Positions 1-14,300 of a DNA stretch of 64,000 bases are shown here, piece after piece. Numbering within the stretch: the first letter of the stretch is position 1; each line of letters opens with the position of its first letter. The notes under the pieces are model-generated. The model saw only the letters and a list, made by a program, of their open reading frames with translations, searched no databases and was not told the DNA's origin. A program made the translations under genes and the position numbers. The stretch lies in the NCBI RefSeq assembly GCF_037042905.1, contig NC_087256.1:26350001-26414000 (forward strand), read 5' to 3'. This DNA comes from Lytechinus pictus (taxonomy: Eukaryota).

Positions 1-774
1 TTGTTATTTTCAATATATTTGGTATAGGGTATTAAACAAAGAATAGGCCTGATTTCAGCGTATACAATATACAAAGGCTGGTGTATCGAGGGAACGAGAA
101 AATATCTGAAAAACCCCTCCACACTGTAAAGACGCTATTAAAAATGTTAAACAACGATGTTTAAGGCCGCCACGCTTACAGTAATTAAAAAAAAATAAGC
201 TAAAATTGTTAGAGTGACGGGCTTAATTAAACAGCGTTGCTTAACATTTTTTTTAACAGCGTTTTTACAGTAAATGTCAACTTATAGCGGCTCAGTGTAT
301 ATAGTAGGCACCTACAATGTAAATTTACCAGAACATGAATTATTCAGGCTTTCCTGGATAAGCATGCACGTTACCATGGTTACTATGACATGCATCACTC
401 ATCAATGAAACAACTAATTCACAGACAATATTTAGAGGTTTTCTCTTTCATATAGAGACTATGTTTTTGGAAATATAAACTGCGATATGATGTATGTCAT
501 TGATATAGTATTTGCTCTCTATCATTTTGGATCACCTTTTTTTATATACACATTGGACTATATTGCTCCGTTTTTTCTTTGTAACTATGTGATGTATAAT
601 ATATGTTTTAAAATATCAAACATACAGTTTTTATTGATTATGTTTTGTTGTGAGAACATATTTCTGTTTTTTTTTACAGTTGTTGCCGTCGTTGTTTTAC
701 ACAATTATAGGACCTACCTAAATGAAAATGAATTCCATATTTTATTGTTCGAAATAGACATGAAATGAAATACT

Positions 775-985
775 TTGAAAAAATGCTATGCCCAGTTGAT
801 CGTGGGCCCGGCAGCCGCTGTGCAGCGCCAGATCGACGGGGCTCTATCCCTTGAATCGTTGAACCCCAAACAGGGTAGCAGCAACTCCCATCTTTTAAAG
901 TCTTTTGGTCTGACGCGGCCGGGGTTTGAACCCCCCGACCTCCCGGTTGTGAGATGGAGATACTCTACCAACCGAGCCAATTGCG
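775..985 (-). mobile_element. tRNA-derived SINE fragment
   Basis: Minus strand GGCTCGGTTGGTAGAG...GGTTCAAACCCCGGCCG tRNA-like head followed by AAAGACTTTAAAAGATGGGAGTTGCTGCT. Confidence 0.65.
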
Positions 986-1146
986 GAGATAAACCACACT
1001 TTACTGAACAAAATAGGCCTATTCGTAACTTTGTTATGTTTTCAAAATACAAAGAAGGGTCTCTTTAAATTTAACTCGTAATTATAATTCACACGCTTCT
1101 CACAGGAAATAATCAACCGACGCTGAACCAATAATTTTCCGTAGCC

Positions 1147-3558
1147 ATGGCAACGAAACTCATCTCATCTACTCTCGTCCTTCTCTGCTTCGCTGCCACG
1201 TTACATCACGCTACAGGATGCTCGTGTGTCAAAAATCCAGAATTCTGCGAGTCAGACTTTGGTAATTATAATTGATTCTGGGGCATATCACGATAATTTT
1301 GATACCCATCCCCCCAAAAAAATTTTTATAATAAATAATAATAAATAGATAATAATAATAATAATGAGATCAGTTTTGCTTATAAATCATCTAAACTATC
1401 TACAGTCAATTTTAAAAGTAACACCAACATCACTGCATTTCACTAATTTTCATTTCTGAAAACATATTCAAAATCAATATCACCCTCTAACTAGCACGAT
1501 ACTTGCATAAAAAAACTATAATTTATACAGGACCTAAATACTGGAATGGTATCCACCATATAAAATCAACGTGCACGAGTTTTAAAAAACATCTAAATGC
1601 ATAGGTTTGTTATGTTTATTATCTGAAAATGAAAATAAAAATTTGAATTGAATCGAATTGAATTGAATTTTTCAGGGGGGGGGGGGTACTGGATTAGTGA
1701 GCGATATTGGTGATTTGCCCCCGTTTTTTCATCGAATTTTTTTCTTCAAAAATCCATCCGCGGTGTGCATCAGATAGTTCAAGTTTTATTTTTTTAAATT
1801 AAAAAAGGGCTATCGGTAGATTCGATTTGCCCCTTGATTTATAATTTTAAGATATACAAACGGCTATGATATATAGTGTTTTTTATTGTGGTGTTGTTCT
1901 TTAATATTAATCTTTTTCGTTCATATCTTTGATTTGACACGACTGAGCTGCAAAAATGAGGGAGCTCCGATTTGCTGCGAGGTATATACGTAGTACTCGT
2001 TAACCACAATTCAGTCGACGTCTCACGGCCATGATGATGACGTATGTTATATAGGGCATGCCTAATTTACCTCGCATATCCCTCCTGTTCTGTTTGATAT
2101 CAAATACATACAAAAATATGAAATTAATGTAGTTAATAGCCTGAAATCTAATTTTTCATCCTTGCCACAGCTATCAGAGGAACCATTTTGGATGTCCAGG
2201 GCAACTACACCGCCCAAGAGGATCTGATTTACAGCGTCATGGTCGACGAAGTCTACAGGAACTCTTCAGAGGGCATCTTGGTCACCGAGTCTCTGGAGAT
2301 CGAGACTGGCGGTCACACATGTGGGGTTGGTCTCCTGGATATAGGCACCATCTACCTGATTTCAGGATGTAAGTATCCGACATAGCACCAAGTAATATCC
2401 ATTGCTTACTGAGTGAGTGTGTAAAATAATAATAATGTGACTTATAAAGCACCAAATCCATTTTTCAATATACATAGCAAGGTTAAGGTGATAATTTTGA
2501 AAGTTTCGACAGAGGTACATTTATTATGTCTTCAGGGAGGCTATTCAACAAAGTGGGGCATGCAAAAGCAAATGATCTTTCCCCCAAAGTTTTTGAAAGT
2601 TTTGGAATAACAAGGAAGCCAGAAGTGGATGAGCGCAAAAAATCCCATATACTATACACCTCCAAAAAATCACCAAGTTATGGTCATGAATACAACAATC
2701 TTAAATTATTGCTTCAAGAGTATTTTATTTTCTTCCACATAATTTAATATAATTCTTATGTGGCTTTATATTGATTATGCTTTGATAATAATTCTTTGCA
2801 TTTTTTAGATTAAAATGAAAATGAGATGATTATAATTCCTTTATCAAATTTGAAACAGATTTCTGTTATGAATTAATTTATACACTCAATCCCTATAGAG
2901 ATATTTCGTGACAGAACTTGTCAGATGCTTTATCCGAAAAGTCCCGTTTATCCGACCGTTACCATAGTAACAGTGCTTCTCAGCCGATCAATTTTTTTTT
3001 TAATTGTCAGATCTGACAACTTGTCGGACGAAAATATCAGCGATGAAACGCTTCCCTGGTGCCCGTTTCATAAAGAGCTGCAACAGTTGTAACTTTGCCA
3101 TTATGGCAACTACCATGGTAACCTTGCTTTTGATTGGCTGCTGAGCCCTGTTGCCATGGTAGTTGCCATAATGGCAAAGTTACACGGGGCCCCCAGATCT
3201 ATCCTCCAGCCCTCCCACGCATCGATCACCTATGTGACGTCACTATTATTTTTGTTGCTGTGATTTCTTGCTTTCTCATCCTTGCACTTGGCCGTTCGTA
3301 AGTCGTTGACCATTTTTACCACTCGCTCAGTTCCATTAAATACTGCCGTTGTTACCTCCATATCCTTTTTTTATTTAAATAGTATATAACGACAATTCCG
3401 ATAAGTACTCGATGGACAGCTGTAATTCTGTCATCATTGTTTACAACGATGCGGACGACGTCAGTGACTTGGATCTCCCGTGTTCGGCATCATTGACCAC
3501 CAGCATGACATCGTACATCCTCGTCATCGGTGCCTTTCTCCACTTCATCCTTCAGTGA
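1147..3558 (+). CDS. TIMP/NTR-domain protein (single inhibitory-type domain), secreted, probably GPI-anchored; 3 coding exons, 162 aa
   Basis: Exons 1147-1261, 2171-2368, 3383-3558 with GT-AG introns and matching phase 1/1. Protein: MATKLISSTLVLLCFAATLHHATG|CSCVKNPEFCESDFAIRGTIL...HTCGVGLLDIGTIYLISG...DSCNS...LDLPCSASLTTSMTSYILVIGAFLHFILQ*. A signal peptide is followed by the TIMP hallmark C-x-C, then FCxSDF, CG and YLISG motifs; 6 Cys in the mature chain. Confidence 0.85.
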
Positions 3559-5777
3559 TTGGTGATCGGAAGGGATGGGGAAAACAGCGGTGTGTGACTT
3601 TTATCTTAAAAATTATAATGCAACTTGGTTGTTGGATATAGCCTACACAGAGGAGGTGTTGGACAGGGATTATGATAATGTCAGAAAAATGAAAAGAGTA
3701 AACAGGGGAAGTGGAAAGCAGAAAAGGACAAGGACAAAGGACAAAGAGTATCAAAGAGAGAGAGAGGGAAATGGAAGAGAGATAGAGAGGGAGTGATAAA
3801 GAGAGAGAAAGAGAGGGAGGGGGTGTTATGGGACTACATATCCCTATCATTTATTGAGAGAGATAATGTAAACTTGGTCATCATGCCCATCCCAAGAAAA
3901 AAGCGACGGCCCTTCCTCTGACTAAAAATCCGATTTTAGGGGGTAATGATAGGCTATTATCAATATTAGCTTGGCTTTCCAAACTCGTATGTTCTCCCTC
4001 CTCTCCCAACCCCCCCCCCCCCCCTCTCCCCCACCCTTTCCTCGATAATGTTAATTATTGTTGAGAGCTATTACTGTTAGTCCTTGGCGCTCAAAATATG
4101 TACGTATAAACTATTGTGGCCGTCGGTCTTTTGGGCCTTTCTTTGTCTAGCACAATATTGTATGTTTCTGTTTGTGTGTGTGTATGGGTGTGTGCATGTA
4201 CTGTTCTTATTTTTTTTTACAGTACACATGTACATGGATATCCGAAATGCCTGAGCAAGTAGCCACTTTTCTTGGACATGATGTTCAGACTGCGCAGATT
4301 GCATCTGCTCGCACAAACTCTGTACAGCTCAATTGTTATCATATATGGCAGCCCGCTTTTATTTTATATAGTTATTTTCATCAAACAGTACTATGATTTT
4401 ATACGTCATCTATGATTGTCAAAATATGATAATTATCGTATTGATTTACTAGCTGAAATAATATTTAAAGAAGCTATTTGTGTTTTTAATGATATGACAC
4501 GCTGCGCACCTTTTGTACCACTGCCTTTTTTTAAATACTAAGAAATCGTTTAATGTGTTTAGGATATTATCGGTACGATATTGTTGTCATGTTTAAAGTC
4601 GTCAGTGATATAGTTAGTATTTTATAATGATAAGTGATGAAGTAGGTCTATACGTAGGGTGTAAAATGAGATGTTGATTAGTGCCATCGTCGCACATCCC
4701 TTTCATTCATTTCCAGTCTCCTTGTGTATAAAAGAAGCTTAAGTCTTATTCTTCTTAAAAGTTCTTATTGAATCTTATTGATGTTTGCGAATTAAGCTGT
4801 TAATATTTTCTTTAAAACATTTGTATATATTTTTTTAGAAATATAACTGCAGTTGGTCTATCCTGTTCATATGCTGTATGAAGCCATTTCGGGGATGTTT
4901 GCAAATGGGATTGGATTCACCCTTGTAGAATATTACATGAAATGTATTTGATCGGCATATCGTCTTTTAGGTCAAGGATCCAGTAGTGATATCTGTCTTT
5001 CTGCTGTGTTGATTGTTAAACGCTACAATGATTTCTATTTTGTTTTGTAGTATCGTTCAGATTTGTTGTATTTTTATGCAAGCCTATAAGCCTATAATGT
5101 TTGTCTATTCAGTGTTTTTATTATTGGGACATGGAATAATGTTGCCATTTAAATTAGTTGTTTTCATTAAAAATGAACACTTTTCAAAAAAGAGAGAAAT
5201 TAGTCATTGTAGCAATTACTTTAGGGTGGAATTCGGTGACTGAAGACAAATAGTGTTATCGTGAGGGCAATGTTGTACTTTTGTGTGTGTGTGTGTGGGG
5301 GGGGGGGGCGTCACATTAAAATGTGCCATCTTTACTTTGCCTTAATATATTTATGACTGTGTAATTATCCATTGGCAAAAGTGACATTACGTTTTGACTG
5401 TTAACGTGGCAGACGTTTGGGTGTCAATTGGCTACTAGCGGCATGTTGAGGGTTAATGGGGAGAGTGGGTGCTGAGGCTCAGATGGGGAGAAGGGGGTTG
5501 GAAGAGAGGGGAGGGGGAGAAACGAGGGAGAGAGAGGGTCAGTGAGGGGAATACTTAAAAGGAGAGTCGAATATACACTTATTATTGTGAAAATCCAATT
5601 TTCAAACCTAAAAATGTATAGCTCATCAACCCCTTTCATCCCTGTTATCACCCCTGCTCACCCCCCAATCTCCTTAAGAATGTATAATAGGCCTCTGTCC
5701 TATTCAATGTCATGTTATTGTTGTATAGGGTGGAGTGTTCCAAATTATGTACGTTCCACCCATTTTATATGCATGTA

Positions 5778-6597
5778 CAGTGCGTCCCAGAAAAAACGAA
5801 ACCGAGATTAAGCGATGATTTATCATAACTTAATCACAAATACAATAGACAAATGACCTACCAATGTAAAGCTTAGAATCTCCTCTTTCATCTTATATTA
5901 CTTAGATTATTCCCCATTCACGCATGAGTGAGCAAAAACAATTTGAAGAAAGGATACCAAAAACTCATTTGGCGGGGGGTATCTGAATTTCAAAAAGAAA
6001 ATCACATGCCTAAAAGTTCAATATCTGCTCTTTTATTTGATACCTTAATCACACAAAAATGGTCAAGAAGTAAAAAAGTTATGTTCCCTTGAAACAATGC
6101 TTGTATTTCCATAATTTCATTGAATAAACGTGTTTTCACCGGTTTCCCACAGAAGCTATCGCACGGTTAACAAAAGACTTAATGCATGGCTGATCGTCAA
6201 CAAAACGGTGTGTCGAGTGAGTCTGGACGCTAGCCTGTAAAACCTCTTCATTTTATGAAATTTTTGAAATTCAAGCCTTATTTCAAATAACCAGAACTTT
6301 GTTATTTCTTGACCATTTTCTGTAATTGAGGTATCAAATTAAAGAGCAGATATTGAACTTTTTAAAAATGTGGTTTTCGTTTCGAAACCCAGATACAGCC
6401 CGCCAAGTGACTTTTTGGTATCCCCTTTTGAAATTGTTTTTGCTCATTCATGCGTGAATGAAAAATAATGTAAGTAATTTCAGATGAAAGAGTAGATTCT
6501 AAGCTTTACAATGGTAGGTCACTTATTTATTGTATTTGTGATTAAGTTATGATAAATCATCGATAAATCTCGGTTTCGTTTTTTCTGGGACGCACTG
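5778..6597. mobile_element. Tc1/mariner-like MITE with long TIRs
   Basis: TA|CAGTGCGTCCCAGAAAAAACGAAACCGAG ... CTCGGTTTCGTTTTTTCTGGGACGCACTG|TA; imperfect inverted arms over 300 bp; TA TSD. Confidence 0.9.
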
Positions 6598-7999
6598 TAT
6601 AGCTGCTCCGACAGGTGAGGCATTGGTGATTTGATACGATCCATTTCCTGACATAGCAGTTTAAATACACACGCGTCATACAGGCAGAACCCTTGGTTTA
6701 ATTGCGCGGGAGGAACAAATTGCTATAGTAAACAAGTCATATTCCAGGTATAATTTAATCCCAAACCATTGCATTTTAAGTCCATGGAAACGATGGAGTA
6801 TATCATATCACCAGGATCGATCAACAATGGGAATTAATATGGTGGCCTTGCTGAATGAGGATTTCCTGAATTTAAGCAGTCTGAGTCAAACTGTAAGTTG
6901 AGATTTATTTTGATATGATTGTAAGGCGATCTCCTTGGTATGATTTTGTAGAATGGATTGCGTGTACTCGCTATCAATCGAGTCATGCAAAGGCAAATGG
7001 CATGTAATCAATAGAATAGGGAGTTTTAGCACAGCGACGTAAGGAGTCGAGAACACAGAAAATAATCTGTCAAGTACCCTTTAATGACAAAGACCAAGAA
7101 ATCTGTCGAAAAGTGGTGAATCAAAAAGCAGTTTAGTCCATGACTGTGGACAAAATGACGTCATCTCCGAACTATTGTCAGATGAAACCGCATGCTGTTC
7201 CGGTTCACCATGCAATTTTCGACAAAGCCCTCCCAGCTTTTCTTTGTCATTTGATTGGAATTATGTTCTTAAATCCTCTGAAAGTAGTAGACCAAAAATT
7301 CCTATCCGAGATGAAGGATTGAATCAGTTGATATGCAGGCCAAGTTGACGTACGCGAAAAAAAAGATCAAATGGTTCGTTTCTTATTTGATCAAAGGATG
7401 CGAAAAATATATAATGCTTAATATTTCCTCAATGGTTCAAATGTGTGGGATTTTTTTAATTTAGCAACATTGATTAAATTACTTCAGAATCAAGTACTAC
7501 GCAAATAATCCATGTTTCTTAAGTCCTTACATAAACCGAAGGCACCAGGGTTTTTAAAGGGCAGGGGTTTGCATGTTATTAATATATTAACCTGGAAAGG
7601 GACATGTTGAGGACTGTCTGCAGTGACTCATGAAGAGGATACATATCTCACCAAATAAATATACGAGCGCGAAGCGCGAGCTTATTTATTTATTTATTGT
7701 CTTTCGAGTTGATAACTGGAAGTTCTGAACACTTTTTGTAACCATGAACAGGATGGATGTCTAACTATACAATTCATGGGAGCGCAAAGCTTAATTTACT
7801 TTTACGTATTTTTCCTCCTTTGACTCTCGTAATTCCCTACATTTTATGCAGTGGCGTATATAATGACTAATATGAAGGAAGAATTTTGAGGAAACGAGTT
7901 AATAGATATGGTAAAGAATGTTTGAAAATGGGTTGAAAATACAAGTAAAGAGCGAGGAGAATAACCCTCCAAATTAATAATCTTTATGCTGATTATTAA

Positions 8000-8790
8000 A
8001 GGGGTATTTTCCGCTGAATTTAATATGATTTAAACAGATAAAGTAAAATAAGACAAACAAAACACTGATATTTTTTTCAAAATCGGACAAGGAATAACAA
8101 AGTTATGGAATGGTAAAACTTTGCATGATTTTGATAAATCAGTTCTATGCACATCCTCATGAATAGAAAATGAACAAGCTGCTGATGTTTTAACCCCACT
8201 TATCATTCTTTACTTTATTATATTTATTCAAATTTTCAAGAAAAATGGTGATTTGAATACATAGAGATAAATCAAACTAGAATAACGCTGACAATTTCAT
8301 CAAAATCGGATGTAAAATAAGAAAGTTATGACATTTTAAAGTTTCGCTTATTTAAAAAAAAGAGTTATATGCACAACACAGTGACATGCAAAAGAGACAG
8401 TCGATGATGTCCCCCACCCACTATTTCTTTTGTTTTTTAATGTTTGAATCAAACTATATATATTTTTTTTTGAGATTTGACAATAAGGACCAACTTGACT
8501 GAACCATATAGTATTAAACAATTCAAATTCTACTGTTCAAGGAGGAATGACAATAAGGAGAAAATTATAATATTTCATATAATAAAATACAAAAGAAATA
8601 GTGAGTGGATGACGTCATCAGTCTCCTCATTTGCATACCAACCAAGATGTGCATATAACTGTTTAGTGAAACTTTAAAATGTCCTAACTTTCTTATTTTA
8701 CATCCGATTTTGAAGAAATTTTCAGTGTTACGCTTGTTGGATTTTTATCTTTTTATTCAAATCAACTTTTTGTTGGGGTGGACTTGTCCT
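8000..8790. mobile_element. Kolobok-like non-autonomous element(s), composite or degenerate
   Basis: TTAA|AGGGG at 7996 and ...GGACTTGTCCT|TTAA at 8790; internal inverted arms at about 8241-8345 and 8668-8775. Confidence 0.6.
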
Positions 8791-9805
8791 TTAACAAGTC
8801 CTTAATGAATTGTGTCTATTAAAATGACACTACTATTCAAAAAATTATATTCAGTGCTGAGAATGAAGTGTTTGGGGAATTCCTCCAGTACTCAAGTATT
8901 TTGTTATTATTTTGTATTAAGAAATAACTATTTATAATTATCACCATATATTTTTTCACCAAAATGTCTCTATGTCAATTACTCTGACATGGATTAAAAC
9001 AGAAGGCACTACTAAGAGCTGGAACATCCAAATCAAATCAAATCAAATGATACCATAATATCTCAAGTTATTTTTAAACCAAAATTTATATTCAACAAAA
9101 TACTCTGATATCAATTCAATGACAACAAAGTTTGGGAATGATGAATTTTATTGATATACCATATACTTTACACACCATTACCACTAAAAAGGAACAGACT
9201 CTGACATAAACTCCACAAGAATGATGAGTTTCTGGAATGATACATTTTATTGATATACCATATTCCTTCCAAACCATTACCACCAAAAGAAACAGACTTG
9301 CGTAGCCTTGCATAGAATAATACATTGACATAATCTCGACTAGTACAGAGCACAAAGTGCAAATAAACATTAAGTACAAATGAAAAGGATGCATAAACGA
9401 CGAGCACACTATTTATTCTGAGTCAATATTCTTTAGTATTTGCACCCTTTATAAAATAAAATTCTTTGTATGAATTACAATGAGTTAGGAAACAAAGATA
9501 TATGAGCTTTAGGGAGTGTTGAGACAAAATGTTACTACCAAAGTACTTTGGATAAGCTATCTTCTGAACTGAATCTGAGCATATTAATGTATGTCATGGG
9601 GGAAGTGATAGTATGTATTATTGCCTGGACCTTAATTGTGATTATTTGCTTTATATTCAGTATGTGTTGATTCGAATAAAGAAATGAAAGGGTAATATAA
9701 TATAAACCTTAAGTAGGAAGGGTGAGGAGATCAATCCTTGGGGGGAAAAGGGAATCAATTTAAGCCTCTTTAGAACAAAAGAAGAATAGAATATCAACTA
9801 TCATA

Positions 9806-10037
9806 CACTCTAAAAATCAAGGATTTAAAATAAATCCAGCTCAGCTGTGGATAGTGACTAGCTGAATGTTGGATTTATTTCAAATCTTTAGGATTAACTA
9901 TCAAATTTCAAAAGATTTAAATTCAAATCTTTTAGATTTATATTCAAATCTACAAGGTTTAAAACTAAATCTAATATTCGGCTGGTCACTATTCGCGGCC
10001 GACCTGGATTTATTTTAAATCCTTGATTTTTAGAGTG
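9806..10037. mobile_element. Palindromic MITE with TA TSD
   Basis: TA|CACTCTAAAAATCAAGGATTTAAAATAAATCCAG ... CTGGATTTATTTTAAATCCTTGATTTTTAGAGTG|TA. Confidence 0.85.
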
Positions 10038-11207
10038 TAGTCATTATTCAAAACAAAAATGGCACTGGTTATCACAAAATGCAGCTGAATTGGAATAAAC
10101 ATCCTTGTTAATAAGGGACAATAGAATTCCATTGGATAACACATAATCTAGAGATAGACTATGAGAACAAATTGCTTTCGAAGTCTGTCAATAGGGGTGG
10201 GTTCTATCTCCAAACCGAATAACTTGAAGCCTCTTTGAAAAACAAGAATGATATTTTCCTGTCATTTTCATGAATTATCAACATGTAAAATTCTCAAATG
10301 AAAACATAATGTTTTTCCTTACAAAATGAAATCAAGAAGTTAACAAATGCTTGGGCTGATAACCTGGACATATTAGCAAGTTGAATATAAGGTCACAATA
10401 ATTATGGAGTTTCACTTTAGTCAACGCAAAATTATTTTTTGAAAATGTTAAGACAGAAAATAAATATGCAAGTTGAGTTGAAAGGAAGTGTATACTCGAG
10501 ACATGAAGACAGATAGAAAGATAGTATACGGGACTGTCATGAAGAACAAGGTGTGCATATAAACTATATCTTTCATTCTAATAAACAAAAGTTGTACAAA
10601 CAAAAAGAAGCTCTCAACTTATTTGGTGGAAAGGTGTATCATACCTGAGAAACATACATTCATCTTCAAATTCGCAGCTATCCACATTGCACATGGTACA
10701 TGATTGCAAATAGAGTTGTGCTTTCTGAATTTATGAAATCTGCCAATATACCCATAACAACTAAAGCCTGCCACCCACTCCACAATCGGCAGCGTTTAGA
10801 GTTGTGATGGGATGTTTTACCAAATATTTACGAGGTAAATTGACTTGGACTTAATCTCAAATGGCTGCATGAAATATCAATACATCAAGATTACAGAGTT
10901 CATTCTTTATTTACTTGAGAGAAATGTTTAGGTATTATTTTTGTTTGAGTTCATTTATTGATTGTGTATATTTTGATATTATTTGACTCAATAAAAGGCC
11001 TTTGGAGGGCTAAAAGTTGGAGAAAACAAGATTAGCGAGTGCTATGGCCAATCTAGTTCTAGACAAGGGCTAACCGGCCAAGAATTAGAATGACATCACT
11101 CCAACTGCAGCTGACTTGCAACTGGGGTCCAATTCCTCCCTTTCTATGACATGAATACTAAAAATTGTTAACGTTTTTCTAATAATTTCATTTGAATCCT
11201 TGGCCAG

Positions 11208-11362
11208 GGACCCGTTTCATAAAGAGTTACAACTGTTGTAACTTTGCCATTATGGCAACTACCATGGTAACTTTGATTTTGACTGGCTGCTGAGCCCTGT
11301 TGCCATGGTAGTTGCCATAATGACAAAGATACAACAGTTTTAACTCTTTATGAAATGGGCCC
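11208..11362. mobile_element. Short palindromic MITE (second copy at about 3058-3192)
   Basis: CCCGTTTCATAAAGAGTTACAACTGTTGTAACTTTGCCATTATGGCAACTACCATGG arms around a GATTGGCTGCTGAGCCC core. Confidence 0.75.
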
Positions 11363-14300
11363 TTGATGCAATTTACAAATTTAAATCTGATCTTATTTCA
11401 ATTTCTCTGAAAATCTTTTTATAGTCAGTCACAGTGTGAGGCAGCCATAACACACATTCAGATGGTAATAAGGGCATAATCATCTCTTTTCCTCAACAAT
11501 GCTTACAAGGGTTAATAAATTGCCAATTCGTCTACTACCAACTCGTCCACTCACCACATGGTCTACTTTCATTAAGTCTAATGCAATTCTGTCCATCAAC
11601 AGTTCGTCTACAACCATTTGGTCCAATCATCACTTCGTCTAATCACCATTTTGTCGTATAACCTTTTGATCTAATATCCATTTCCTTCTAATTCATTTTG
11701 CACAATTAACACTTAGTCCAATTAGACCAAATGGTACATATATATGGACTAAATGGCAATTGGACCAACTGGCCATTAGACGAAATGGTGAGTGGATGAA
11801 TTGGCAATTAGACCATGCGTATAGTGGACAAACTGATGGTAGACCAAATGGTAGTAGACGAGTTGGCAACTGGACAAATTGGCAATAAACCATAACAAGT
11901 ATTTTATAAACTATTGCCCCATACACTTCCAAATCAGATTTTTGCTCATGTGACATAAAGATATCACTACCATAAAGTAGAATTTTCAAATTTATAAATA
12001 CTACAATTCAATTATAATACATTCAAATATAAAGGGAAATTGTGAATATTTAAATAAAAACATATTTAAGACAGGTGGAATAGATTATCAGATCAATCAG
12101 ATTCAGCAGAATTTACAATTGAAGCACAAACCTTCATTACATAAAAATATAATGCATATATTTTAACAGAACTATCACTAGACTTGAGAAATAGAAGAAT
12201 ACTTTTTCTGCCAATATCAAATTTACAGCAGATGCAGAAAAAACGAAAGTAGCACACAGACCTTATAAGGAATGATTTGAAAGATCGTGCGAGGCAGTAA
12301 AACCTGGTGACGAGAACAAGAGGATCACAATTTTGATAGAAAAAAGGTCAATCCCAGATATAAACAATCATATCTGATCAATCTCTTATGATCAAATCCT
12401 TTAACAAGTGGAATGCCTCTGGCAGTCTCGCCTGCATTATGCGATTCAAAATACATGTAGCATCAGTGCGGACTTTAAAAACAACTAATATATAAGATGC
12501 ATAATTATTTATTGAAAAAACACCATTCATATGATAATAATAAAATTGACCCCAAAAGACCTGTGACCTTGATCATGTGATCTGAAACTCATGCAAAATT
12601 ATCAGTAATACTTGATTACCCTTATGTCCAAGTCAGTGGCGTAATGAGCCAAAAATTTTGAGGGGGCTAGATGTGGCACATCACGTAAAATTAATAAAAA
12701 GTTGCGAGCGAGCAAAAAATTTGACATTTTTCTTACAAAAATGTGATATATTTTGACATAATATTCAGAAAATAATATCATATTTCACCCTTTTCTTTTC
12801 TTGGTCGTAGTTTTTCTTTTGGGGGGAGGCAAGAGCCCCCCCCCCATCTGTATGCCAGTTGTACCAAGTTTCATGAAATAGGTCCATTTATGTTTAAAGC
12901 TATGACAATTAAAAAACACGTTCTGTAACCTTGGTTATTAAAGATTTCAATGTTGATACCACCAAGATGGTAGAAGTTCATTCACCTAAATGACCTTTGA
13001 CCTTAATCATGTGACTTGAAACTTGTGTAAGTCGATCAGCGATACTTGATTACCTCTATGTTTAGGTTTGATGAACTAGGTTCATATACACTTTCAAGGT
13101 TATGATGACAATTCAAAAACTTGACCTTGTTTAAGGTTTCAATGCTGACAAAATGAAGAAATCAAATAAAGTACAACATTTGTTAGGCTGGCATCGATAC
13201 ACACATTTATCAGCCAAAAATATTTTTCAGTTTCAGTTTTGGGTGTATCGATGCCAGCCTAATAAATGTTGTACTTGTGAAGCATGAACTTTACAAAATA
13301 TACCTTCCATTTTTCTATATTAATAATTGATTGATTGATTGATTGCATTTATTCTTTTTCATTCCAAAATTTAACAAAAGTTACAATGTATAGCAAAACA
13401 CAAAAATATAATATACAGAAATGAAAAAAGGGAACCCACTGGAAAGCAAAGCTTGTTAGTATGGGTTCCCTGCAATAAATAGTTAATTAGAGTATATATT
13501 TGATCAATGAAATTCAAATCGTAAATTAAAAAGGTTTGTACAATGAAAAAGAATACTAGTGGGGTCAAGCTTTTTATGCCTACTATGTTACAATTAACAA
13601 AAAATATTATTTCATATATACCCCTGCTGTATAAAAAAAAACATGAGTTCAGGAGTGTGTGAACAGACAATCACTTGGACAAGACAGGACAAATACTAAA
13701 AACAAAACAAAGACAAAAACAAAAAAGGCACACAAACAAAAACAAAACAGGACAGAACAGGACAAGACAGAAAAAAAAGAAAAGGAAAAGAAAGATAAAG
13801 AAAAAAAAAGAAAAGGAAAATAAACATCCACCCTGATATAAGTAGTGTTTTAATACACAGCATTATGAAAATACTACTTTGTGCATTTTTTGTGCTTTTG
13901 TACAAAACATCTTCCAATATCAATTTTTAAAGAGTTAATGACAAAAGTGAAATTTATTACATGTATGTGGAATTAAATAGTATCAGGCTCAAAACCAGCA
14001 CAAGCCTTACACTACATGTATTTTGAGCACAATAGACCCAATGAAAGAAAAGAGTAAAATGGTTTGAGGTATTTGGAAAGCCGAAAGAGAAAAAAAATAT
14101 ATAACTTTCAAAATTAAGCACAGAAAATGTGAGGAAATCAGTCTCATGTATAAATAAGAAAGCACCTAAAGGAAAAAGACACACATAGATATTAGTACTG
14201 CTATGAACATATATATATTGTTTAAAATATCAATAGTACAGAAAATGAAAAGGGTTGTACATAAAAAAGTTTTGTAACCTACGCAATATGTAAACAACAA

